From contig CACYSD010000001.1 in NCBI GenBank assembly GCA_902776985.1, positions 106,758-170,757 on the forward strand: a stretch of DNA of 64,000 bases, read 5' to 3'. Within the stretch, counting starts at the first letter, position 1. Each line of letters begins with the position of its first letter. Positions 43,689 to 52,800 of this stretch are shown here, piece by piece. The notes under the pieces are model-generated. The model was not told the origin of the DNA and did no database searches. It was given only the letters and a program-made list of their open reading frames with translations. The position numbers and the translations under genes were made by a program. The stretch comes from an uncultured Bacteroidales bacterium. GTDB taxonomy: Bacteria > Bacteroidota > Bacteroidia > Bacteroidales > Bacteroidaceae.

Positions 43689-45063
43689 GCAAACAAATTC
43701 TAATAATCAATCTACTCCCCGCCCTCACAGGGAGGGGCAAGGGGGAGGGTCTTCTTCTTTGAAGAGTACCCTTGCGGTCTCTCTGAATAATTACCTTGAT
43801 GCGGGAGCAATCGTAGCAGGTTCAAGCGGAATTACCTTGTGGCAGAATTATCTGGGGCTGTCGGAGATGCATCTGGGTTGGCTCAATGCACTAAGTGCTA
43901 ATGCGCTGGGTGCAGCTATCGGAGCAATCATCGGTGGCTTCCTCGCAGATAAGTTCGGACGTAAGTTCATCTTCACATACAATCTGTTGGTGTATATGCT
44001 TGGTGTGCTCATCATCATGCTGTCCATTAGCTATCCCATGCTCCTTTGCGGATTCCTCGTCACAGGTATTTCAGTAGGAGTGGGAGTTCCTGCATCGTGG
44101 ACATATATCTCTGAAAGCAGTGAGGTTCACAACCGCGGCCGCAACATCTGCATCTCACAGATGTCGTGGGGCATCGGACCTATGCTCATCCTCTTCTTCG
44201 GTATGCTCTTTGCACCAGGCGGCTACTGCTACGGTCCTGTAGAATCGCTGGCTCATGCCATCATCGGTGCCGATGCTTCCCAGGCTGCGGTTGAGGTATT
44301 CTCATCGAGAGTAGTGTTCTTCACCCTCTTCGTTGTTGCCTTCATTGCCTGGAACCTCCAACGTCAGTTGCAGGAAAGCGCTGAGTTCGAAGCCAACAAA
44401 CAGAAAGGCAATAGCGGTATGGTTGAAAACATCAAGATGCTGTTCACCAACCGCATTGCAGTCAAGGCTGTGGTATTCCTTGCAACAATCTATTTGACTT
44501 GGAACCTCGTTGCCTCAGTTATGGGATTCTTCATGCCTCATGTATATGAGACTGCAGGCGGGCTCAGCAACGAAACCGCAAATATGCTTAGTTGCATAAG
44601 CTGGGTATTCGTTGTAGTTACCACCCTCATCATCTCGTTCTTAGTTGACAAGGTTGCACACCGTGTGTTCTACGTCTTCGGTCTGGCAGCTGCACTGACA
44701 GCATGGATTCTCGTCATTGGCGGAAGTATTACCAGCATTGCCGGCATTTGGGTGTTCACCATCCTGTGGGGTATCAACAACGGCAGCAGCGTACAGATAT
44801 TCTATGCACTTTGGGGCAGTGAGCTTTTCCCTGCGAAATTCCGTGCCGGTGCACAGGGACTGATGTTTTTCATCGTCCGTGGTCTCTCAGCGCTGTGGGG
44901 ACTGATCTTCACGCTTATCTACGGAGAGAACGGCGAAGGCTTCACCATCGCAGCCTACTGCATGATTGGTCTCCTCGTTATCTCTCTCGTCGTCGGTTTC
45001 ATCGGTGCCCCCAACACCCGCGGCAAATCGCTGGAACAGATTACAAAGGAAAGATATGGGTAG
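43681..45063 (+). CDS. MFS-family sugar transporter (probable rhamnose/deoxy-sugar permease)
   Basis: 12 predicted transmembrane helices and the MFS motif GGFLADKFGRK. The annotated first ~25 codons (..STPRPHREGQGGGSSS) are the translation of the hairpin repeat; the true start may be downstream. Confidence 0.7.
   Translation: MNKQTNSNNQSTPRPHREGQGGGSSSLKSTLAVSLNNYLDAGAIVAGSSGITLWQNYLGLSEMHLGWLNALSANALGAAIGAIIGGFLADKFGRKFIFTYNLLVYMLGVLIIMLSISYPMLLCGFLVTGISVGVGVPASWTYISESSEVHNRGRNICISQMSWGIGPMLILFFGMLFAPGGYCYGPVESLAHAIIGADASQAAVEVFSSRVVFFTLFVVAFIAWNLQRQLQESAEFEANKQKGNSGMVENIKMLFTNRIAVKAVVFLATIYLTWNLVASVMGFFMPHVYETAGGLSNETANMLSCISWVFVVVTTLIISFLVDKVAHRVFYVFGLAAALTAWILVIGGSITSIAGIWVFTILWGINNGSSVQIFYALWGSELFPAKFRAGAQGLMFFIVRGLSALWGLIFTLIYGENGEGFTIAAYCMIGLLVISLVVGFIGAPNTRGKSLEQITKERYG
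43712..43754 (+). repeat. GC-rich G4-motif hairpin element, copy 5
   Basis: CTACTCCCCGCCCTCACAGGGAGGGGCAAGGGGGAGGGTCTTC. Confidence 0.55.
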
Positions 45064-45091
45064 AAGACCCTCCCGTCAGGGAGGGAGTAAG
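45063..45091. repeat. GC-rich hairpin element, truncated copy 6
   Basis: gaagaccctcccgtcagggagggagtaag has the same ends (GAAGACCC...GGGAGTAG) but lacks the central G-tracts. Confidence 0.45.
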
Positions 45092-45094
45092 TGA

Positions 45095-45232
45095 AGTGAT
45101 AGGAAAACCTAGAAAAGCCTAGGAGAGCCTAGGAAAGCCTAGAAAAGCCTAGGAAAACCTAGGAGAACCTAGGAGAGCCTAGGAAAACCTAGGAGAACCT
45201 AGGCAGACCTAGGCACTCCTAGAAGAACTTAA
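45095..45232 (+). repeat. Phased 10-bp tandem repeat array 3 (NNCCTAGGNN, about 13 units), upstream of rhaD
   Basis: aaaacctaga aaagcctagg agagcctagg aaagcctaga ... agacctaggc actcctagaa. Confidence 0.7.
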
Positions 45233-45260
45233 AAACTCAAAAACTAAAAAACTAAATAAA

Positions 45261-46082
45261 ATGAAAAGTATTCTTGAAAACAGACCTGGATTGCAGGCAG
45301 AAATTGATAAAGTGGCGGAAGTAGCCGGTTATCTCTGGCAGAAGGGATGGGCTGAGCGCAACGGTGGTAATATCACCGTGAATATCACTGAGTATGCGGA
45401 CGACGAAATCCGCAATATGCCTGCTATTAGTGAAGTCTTCCAGATTGGCACAACACTGCCCTATCTCAAAGGCTGTTATTTCTACTGCAAAGGCACAGGC
45501 AAACGTATGCGCGACCTCGCACGCTGGCCTATGCAGAACGGTAGTATCATCCGCATTCTCGACGACTGCAAAAGCTACGTCATCATTGCAGATGAGCCTG
45601 TGATGCCAACATCGGAACTGCCTTCACACCTGTCCATGCATGACTACCTCATAGGTTCGGGAAGCTGCTATAAGGCTTCGCTCCACACCCACCCTATCGA
45701 ACTGATTGCAATGAGCCATAACAGAGGAATGTTGAGAAAGGATGTTATGACTCATCTTCTCTGGTCTATGATTCCAGAAACTTTGGCGTTTGCACCATTA
45801 GGATTGGGAATCGTGCAGTACGAACTGCCAGGCAGCGTGAAATTGGCAAAAGCTACACTGGAAAAAATCAAGGACTACGATGTAGTGCTATGGGAGAAGC
45901 ACGGAGTATGTGCTGTAGGAACAGACATCATGGATGCCTTCGACCAGGTTGATGTGCTCAACAAGTCTGCTAATATCTATATGTGTGCAAAGAACATGGG
46001 CTTCACTCCTGACGGCATGACCGACGAAGCTATGCGCGAAGTACAGCAAGTCTTCAAACTTCCGAAGAAGAGACCATGCTAA
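45261..46082 (+). CDS. rhaD: Rhamnulose-1-phosphate aldolase (class II aldolase/adducin family)
   Basis: WAERNGGNITVNI and HTHP metal-binding motif region. 273 aa. Confidence 0.8.
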   Translation: MKSILENRPGLQAEIDKVAEVAGYLWQKGWAERNGGNITVNITEYADDEIRNMPAISEVFQIGTTLPYLKGCYFYCKGTGKRMRDLARWPMQNGSIIRILDDCKSYVIIADEPVMPTSELPSHLSMHDYLIGSGSCYKASLHTHPIELIAMSHNRGMLRKDVMTHLLWSMIPETLAFAPLGLGIVQYELPGSVKLAKATLEKIKDYDVVLWEKHGVCAVGTDIMDAFDQVDVLNKSANIYMCAKNMGFTPDGMTDEAMREVQQVFKLPKKRPC

Positions 46083-48547
46083 AGTGAAATTTCCTGACCC
46101 TGAAGAAGTGGTGAGGAGAAATAGATTCGAATAGTTCCCGTGCGGACATCAGTGTCCCAAGCGGGAACTGTTCCGTTATTACGGGCATTACGCATCATAG
46201 CGCCTTTAGCTATGTAGGCTACAAGACGACCGTTCTTCACACGGCAGCGAGGCTGGTTCTTGTCACGAGTATCACGGATATCGCCGTTCTCCATGCCAAG
46301 CAGACGGGCATTGCCCTGTACACGGCAGGAAATCTCGTTGTCGGCAAGAGTCACGACTTTACCATCTTCATCAACAACCTCGACAAGAATCTGCACCACA
46401 TCACCATTGCCAGCAAGCTGTTTCTTGTCGGCAGTGACACGAAGTGCGTAAGGGCGTCCGGTTGTGGCTATCTCTGCCGAAGCACCGTCAACCTCGCAAC
46501 GAAGTGTTCCCGGAGCGTATTCCACATCCCAATAAAGTATGTTGGTAGCCTCATCACGCTGTGGGTCCCCTCCGATTGGAGAACCGTTAAGAAGTAGGTG
46601 TGCCGACTGTGCATTGGTGTAGCACACCACACGTACACGCTGACCTATCTCGTAGTTCCAAACCGCAGGAGCATACTGACTCACGTAGCCGCCAGCGTTA
46701 TTGCGACGTCCGCGCTGCTGCATCTGTGGATAGGTTCCGATATAGCACATCGGAGTCTCACTCCAGAGCGACGCACGGTAATAACCGTTCGGTTTAATCT
46801 GACCGGCGAGGTCAAGCAGACCGGCTTCACTACCTCGTGCCGGCCACGGTCCGCTTTCTCCAAGATAGTCAATACCTGTCCACAGGAACTGACCGAAGAT
46901 ATGTTCATTGTCAGTTACGGCACGCCATGCAGCCAAATCGTGACGGTTCTCGCTTCCGTAAATCACACGTTTGGGATATTTAGCATGGTCTTCTCCGTAA
47001 CGGCTTTCGGTGTAGTTATATCCAACCACATCGACTGCTTCAGGATAAGCGGTCTCGTTCGACATCACCACACCAGCCAAGGCTCCGGTAACAGCACGGG
47101 AGGAGTCGATGCCACGTACGATTTTGGACAAACGCTTGGCAATCTCTCCGATTCGTTCTGCACGAGGAGCATCTGACTTGAATCCGCCATAGATGGGCTG
47201 CGTCATACTCTTGTCGCCATTGAGCACAGGATGGCTGTATGGGTCGTTTGGATAATCCACCTCATTGCCTATGCTCCACATGAAGATTGAAGGATGGCAG
47301 CGATCACGACGAACCATATCAGCTACGTCACGGTCAATCCATTCCTCGAAATAGTCGAACGTTCCTTCAAAACCAGGCGTTCCCTGATTCCATCCCTTCA
47401 ACCACTTGCGTTTGGGAAATTCCCATTCGTCGCTGGCCTCATCCATAACAAGGAGTCCGAGAGAGTCACACAACTCATAAACCATAGGTGCATGTGGATT
47501 ATGACTCATGCGAATGGCATTTACGCCTAAAGATTTCAGGGTCTGCAGACGGGTACGCCACACAGCAGCAGGAACAGCTGTACCCAGCACGCCTGCATCA
47601 TCGTGCAAGCAAACACCCTTAACCTTCATCCATTTGCCGTTGAGCGCAAAACCACGGTCGGGTGAGAAGGTCAGAGTACGGATGCCAAGAGAAACAACCG
47701 AACGGTCGATGTCGTTACCGTCTTTCTGCAAACGGGTAACAATTTTATAAAGGTAGGGATTGGCGAGTGTCCACAACTGTGTATTCTTAATCTGTACAGT
47801 TGCAGTCTGTCGCTGCTCAGAAGGAATCTTCACCTTAGCCGTTCCGACAACTTTTCCTGACGCATCGTAAATCTCAACGATTGCTGCATAGTCAGCACCT
47901 CCAGCTGTGGCCTGCACATCCACCTCAACAGTGGCATTGCTGCCAGAAAGTTTCTTGACTCTCCATGCACTACCCCACTGAGCCAGATGGACTTCGGGTG
48001 CACTGATAATCCACACATTGCGATTGATGCCGCTGCCTGTGTACCATCGGGAATCGTTCTGACGAGAGTGATCCACACGGACTGCCAGCACATTGTCGCC
48101 TGAGCGGTTGAGATGAGGAGTCAGTTCATAGAGGAACGAGGCAAATCCGCTGGGACGATAACCCAGCTTCACTCCGTTCAGATAAACTGTAGAACGGTTA
48201 TAGACACCTTCAAAATAGATATAGATTCTTTTTCCTGTTGCCAAAGCAAGACTGTCGGGAGAGAAATGGCAACGATACAACCCTATTCCACCAGGAAGAT
48301 AACCCTGACACGAACCGCGGTCAGGCGACATAGGTAGCGAAACACTCCAGTCATGAGGAATGTGAACACGTTGCCAGCGGCTGTCGTTGTAATCGGTATT
48401 CACTGCGGCAGAGTCATCTGCAAGTTGGAACAGCCAACCTTCATTAAGCCGACTACTTTCGCCAAAAGAAACAGGACTCTGCTGAGCCAACATAGTAAAA
48501 GAAGGCATCACGAATGCCATCAACAGGGAAAGGAAAAGCTTTTTCAT
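46079..48547 (-). CDS. Glycoside hydrolase family 2 (beta-galactosidase/beta-glucuronidase-like)
   Basis: Signal peptide; N-terminal sugar-binding domain (RWQRVHIPHDWSV), Ig-like domain and TIM-barrel with WSIGNE catalytic region. 822 aa. Confidence 0.8.
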   Translation of the reverse strand: MKKLFLSLLMAFVMPSFTMLAQQSPVSFGESSRLNEGWLFQLADDSAAVNTDYNDSRWQRVHIPHDWSVSLPMSPDRGSCQGYLPGGIGLYRCHFSPDSLALATGKRIYIYFEGVYNRSTVYLNGVKLGYRPSGFASFLYELTPHLNRSGDNVLAVRVDHSRQNDSRWYTGSGINRNVWIISAPEVHLAQWGSAWRVKKLSGSNATVEVDVQATAGGADYAAIVEIYDASGKVVGTAKVKIPSEQRQTATVQIKNTQLWTLANPYLYKIVTRLQKDGNDIDRSVVSLGIRTLTFSPDRGFALNGKWMKVKGVCLHDDAGVLGTAVPAAVWRTRLQTLKSLGVNAIRMSHNPHAPMVYELCDSLGLLVMDEASDEWEFPKRKWLKGWNQGTPGFEGTFDYFEEWIDRDVADMVRRDRCHPSIFMWSIGNEVDYPNDPYSHPVLNGDKSMTQPIYGGFKSDAPRAERIGEIAKRLSKIVRGIDSSRAVTGALAGVVMSNETAYPEAVDVVGYNYTESRYGEDHAKYPKRVIYGSENRHDLAAWRAVTDNEHIFGQFLWTGIDYLGESGPWPARGSEAGLLDLAGQIKPNGYYRASLWSETPMCYIGTYPQMQQRGRRNNAGGYVSQYAPAVWNYEIGQRVRVVCYTNAQSAHLLLNGSPIGGDPQRDEATNILYWDVEYAPGTLRCEVDGASAEIATTGRPYALRVTADKKQLAGNGDVVQILVEVVDEDGKVVTLADNEISCRVQGNARLLGMENGDIRDTRDKNQPRCRVKNGRLVAYIAKGAMMRNARNNGTVPAWDTDVRTGTIRIYFSSPLLQGQEISL

Positions 48548-48565
48548 AAGCGAATTAATTCTGGA

Positions 48566-48622
48566 TGTCGTTATGACGATATGACGTAATAACTATATAA
48601 CGTTATATCGATATGACGCTAA
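48566..48622. promoter_or_regulatory. Conserved ~50-bp intergenic module with palindrome TATAACGTTATA, copy 2 (upstream of the GH2 gene)
   Basis: cgttatgacgatatgacgtaataactatataacgttatatcgatatgacgct. Confidence 0.35.
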
Positions 48623-48636
48623 AACGTCCTTAAGGT

Positions 48637-49830
48637 TTAAATCTGGCTGATTGCCTTAGCCACAGTATAAGCAGTAGTCCAGGCAGCCTGGAAGTTAAAG
48701 CCGCCAGTTACGCCGTCAATGTCAAGTACCTCTCCGGCAAAGAATAGTCGTGGAGAAGTAAGTCCTTGAGACTGCGGAAACACGCGGCTTTCCAAAGTGT
48801 TTGGATTGACAGACTTCAGTAAAACTCCACCACAGGTAACAAACTCATCCTTGTTGACTCCACGCCCACTAATATCATAAACATCATTTGTCAACACATT
48901 AATAAGTCTGTTCTGCAGTTTGCCTGTAACATCCAGCCAACGCAGGGAGTCAAGATTCACCTTGCGAAGCAGGTATTCCCACAAGCGGGAAGAAAGGGAG
49001 AAAAGTGGAATAGTCGCAACTTGTTTGTTGAAATTACTATTTGCGAAAACCTGAAGTTCGCTGCGCACCTGTTCCTCGTTCTTCATAGTCCAATTAACCG
49101 TCAGCTGCGCTTTGTACTGACTATCGGCAAGATGACGCGCAGCATAGGATGACAGACGCAAGACTGCAGGTCCGCTCAGTCCCCAATGAGTGACGAGCAG
49201 AGGTCCTGATGCTTCAAATTTCGTTCCCGAAAGTCGCACATTGACATTTTGCACTGTTCCCATAAGACTACGGAGTAGCGCATCGACGATGTTGAAAGTA
49301 AACAAAGACGGACAGGGATTCTCTATCTCGTGACCGAGGTCTGCAAGCCACTGCAAACCCTCACGGCGAGAACTTCCGCCAGTTGTAACAACGACGAAGT
49401 CAAAATCCTGCAGTTCCGCAAGCGATGACACAGCACTGTTGGTCTTGACTTCAATGCCAAGACGCTGTGCTTCGTTTAAGAAAAGACTGATGATGGTCTG
49501 GCTGTCCTGACTTGCAGGGAATACACATTCGTCCTCTTGGGTGACGAGTTTCACCCCCCTGCTTTCAAACCACTGATAAGCATCCACATGGCTGAACTCA
49601 TGCATCAAGCGTTTCATGAGTCTATGCCCACGCGGATAGACCTGTTTCAAATCAGTAACGGAGGCAAAGGAGTTTGTGCAGTTGCAGCGTCCGCCACCAC
49701 TCACTTTCACTTTCTGCAGTACGCGCTGGCTTCGCTCGAAGATACATACCTGCAACTGCGGACACATCTCCTTCAGATTGATGGCACAGAAGAAACCTGC
49801 AGCACCTCCACCTATAATCGCAGTCTTCAT
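48637..49830 (-). CDS. HI0933/BaiN-family NAD(P)/FAD-dependent flavoprotein
   Basis: MKTAIIGGGAAGFFCAI Rossmann motif and C-terminal ...GGFNFQAAWTTAYTVAKAI are typical of the HI0933 family. 397 aa. Confidence 0.8.
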   Translation of the reverse strand: MKTAIIGGGAAGFFCAINLKEMCPQLQVCIFERSQRVLQKVKVSGGGRCNCTNSFASVTDLKQVYPRGHRLMKRLMHEFSHVDAYQWFESRGVKLVTQEDECVFPASQDSQTIISLFLNEAQRLGIEVKTNSAVSSLAELQDFDFVVVTTGGSSRREGLQWLADLGHEIENPCPSLFTFNIVDALLRSLMGTVQNVNVRLSGTKFEASGPLLVTHWGLSGPAVLRLSSYAARHLADSQYKAQLTVNWTMKNEEQVRSELQVFANSNFNKQVATIPLFSLSSRLWEYLLRKVNLDSLRWLDVTGKLQNRLINVLTNDVYDISGRGVNKDEFVTCGGVLLKSVNPNTLESRVFPQSQGLTSPRLFFAGEVLDIDGVTGGFNFQAAWTTAYTVAKAISQI

Positions 49831-49839
49831 CGGCTGTGG

Positions 49840-52800
49840 TTATTCAGATTTGCCTATAGTGACATTAGTCTGGCCTGTGACATTTGCCTTATTTCCTCCA
49901 CCATACACATTACCAAGGATATTAACACCCTTGACCGTAATCTTGGTTTCCGTGTCGGCACCTGTAACATATTGTATCTTTTCCTCTGTTCCGATATTCA
50001 CATAGGTGTCACCTACAACCTCTGCCTCATTTCCACCACCAAATACGTTATTGATGGAACCGATCGCACCTTGCGTATGTGGCGGATACTTAAGTTCACG
50101 GGTTGTAACAACACCTGGAGTCAGTTCCTCGGAAATGGTGATGGTACCTTCTGTAGCGATATTTGCCTGAGAGTGGTTGGTCTTTCCACCAACAACCTCA
50201 TTGATGTTCACAACAGGACTACCAATCATTACCGCAGTTTCACCATAACCACCGCCATAGATGTCTCCGATGCTGGTGAACGACTTGACATTAACATGTG
50301 GAGAATCATAAGGTGAGCTCAACGCTCCAGCGTCGGTTGACTTCAGAGGCAGCCACTGTATCTTACCATCAACGTCAAGAATCAAATCACCATTACCGTC
50401 TTTCTTCTCGGTATAGCCGTATATTGAGTACGCAGCTCGGTTACCGCCACCAAACAACTCACCGATGATAATAGGACGGCATCCGGTTTCCTCGATATTC
50501 ACGACGATGGAACCGCCAATACGTCCGCCTCTATTGTTTCCGCCAAACACCTGACCATATCGACCATTAGTGATATTCAGAGTAGCACCACCTACGACGT
50601 CGGCATTCTCAGCACCTCCATAGACAATATCCAAACCAGGAATACAATCCATCGTCATTACAGTCTCTGCATCCATGTCCGCACTCTTTCCTCCACCGTA
50701 AGCTTCACCAACGTTGAAACAGCAGTAATCATCATCAGCTTCATCCTTTTCACTAAGTATAACCATAGCGGTCTGTCGTAAATTACCCTTTGTGTTAGAA
50801 CCGCCATAAACCGCATGTATCAGACCTCCATGCACAACTACCTTTACCTGACCTGAGCCATAAATATAGGATTTGAAAGGATCTTCGGCACGTTTATCCT
50901 TAGTGTCATAGCTGTCTTCAACAGCGGAATAGTCCTTATATCCGATATTGGCACCAGGATTTTCCTTCAGGACTCCACTAACGACAATAGAATCCTTACC
51001 ATTTCCTCCACCAAAGACCTCGCCGATCTCAAAAGTACCGTTAATTTCAACAAATGTGCCTGGAGTCGATGCGGCATTACCTCCGCCATAAACCTGTGCA
51101 ATACTTGTTCGGTCGCAACCGTCAATAATCACATGAGTATAGGCAGCGTCAACCAAAGCCTTGTTTGTAGCATAGTCAAGGAATGCGTTTGTTGGTTCAT
51201 AGGCAGCCAAGTTACCACCGCCATAGACTGCAGCAACATCGTATTCGCCTAAGACCTTTGCTGTAGCAGGACCGTTAACAGGATTGGTGATGCGTGTAGC
51301 ACCAGCCTTCTGAGTCTTAAATACATGAACGGTTACTGTTCCCTTTGGAGTTCCGCTGACGTTATTACATCCGAAGATACGACTTACTACACAGCCACAA
51401 GCGTCATCGGCAACATTCTCGTTAAGAGATACGTTAGTATTACCCTCAACATCAGCAGCAAGTCCACCGCCATAGGCATCATGAATGACCGTACCACCTG
51501 TCAGATTAACGTATGTGTCCTTCCAAACAATACCGGCCTCGCCGCCACCATAGACAGAACCATACATCGTACCATTAATAATATACAGAGTTGTGTTACC
51601 TAACACTCGACCAGCAACAGCATTTCCTTCAATACCAAGTCCACCACCATAGACATTACCACCAGTGTCAGCAGTACCTATCTGGCAGCTGCTGCCTTGA
51701 ATTGTCACTTGAGTATTATCCTGTACGAAACCACTCTCACTACCGCCATAGACAGAGCCTTTGACAAAGGCACTTCCATCGATGTCAACAAAGGTCTTTG
51801 TCACTAACGCCATGGTCTCGACAAACTTCATATAGTCTTCTTCGCTTGCGAATGTTTCCCAGACACTTTCGTTGTTATTATTAAAGGTCATACGTTTGTT
51901 CGTACCGTCATAATGAGGGACAATTCCCTTGCCGGCGCCAAAGACATGTCCGATGTTATCAGGACCTATTTTTGCAACGTCCTTAACAGTGACTCTACAT
52001 ATACCTAAGCCATCGTTTGTCAAAGCATACGGCATACCAATCTTTATACCGGCAGCAACCAATTCAGGATATTTGGCAAGAGTATCGGCATTGGCAACTT
52101 TGTATTTCCCGACAGAAGCAATCTCACCACCGCCATACACGTTTTGTCCAATCTTAGTCCTACCCTGAATCAAGACAGCTGTGTTACCACGAACCAAAGC
52201 AGAATAACCATGAGTCTCCACACCTGCACCTGCTCCGAACACGCTACATCTGATATCAGGTGCCACTCCTTCACCGGTTGCTCCAGCAACTCCAATGGTA
52301 ACCTCTGTATTTCCTTCCACACGGGCAATCTCTCCACCACCATACACAGAACCGTAAACAGTTCCGTTGCTGATGTTGACATTCGTGCTGTCCACCATGG
52401 CTTTCTCGCACTGGTATGAGTTAGCAAGACCCTTACTTGCTCCAAACACATTACCCTTACCAGTAACACCTTCAGAACCGATCGTACCACCTGTGATATT
52501 TACGTCGCAAATTCCGGTTTTAGCATCATGCAGAGTATGCCATGTAAAATCCCTGCCGTCTGCAGAAACGGTATATGTACCCACATAGCCATAAGCACCA
52601 CCGCCATACACAGAACCATACATGGTGCCACCACCAATATTAAGTGATGTATTACCGCTTACACGTCCGGCAGCTGCATTGTCCTGAAGTCCAAGTCCAC
52701 CACCGAATACGTTACCGCCTGCATCGGTTGTACCAATCTGGCAACTGCCTTGGATATTCACATAAGAATTAAACTGCACAAAACCACTTTCACTACCGCC

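Noticed and set aside
40617-45232. CCTAGG arrays as a CRISPR-like or coding repeat
   Set aside because: Period is 10 bp with no unique spacers. No ORF of meaningful length spans them with a sensible composition. They are intergenic tandem repeats.
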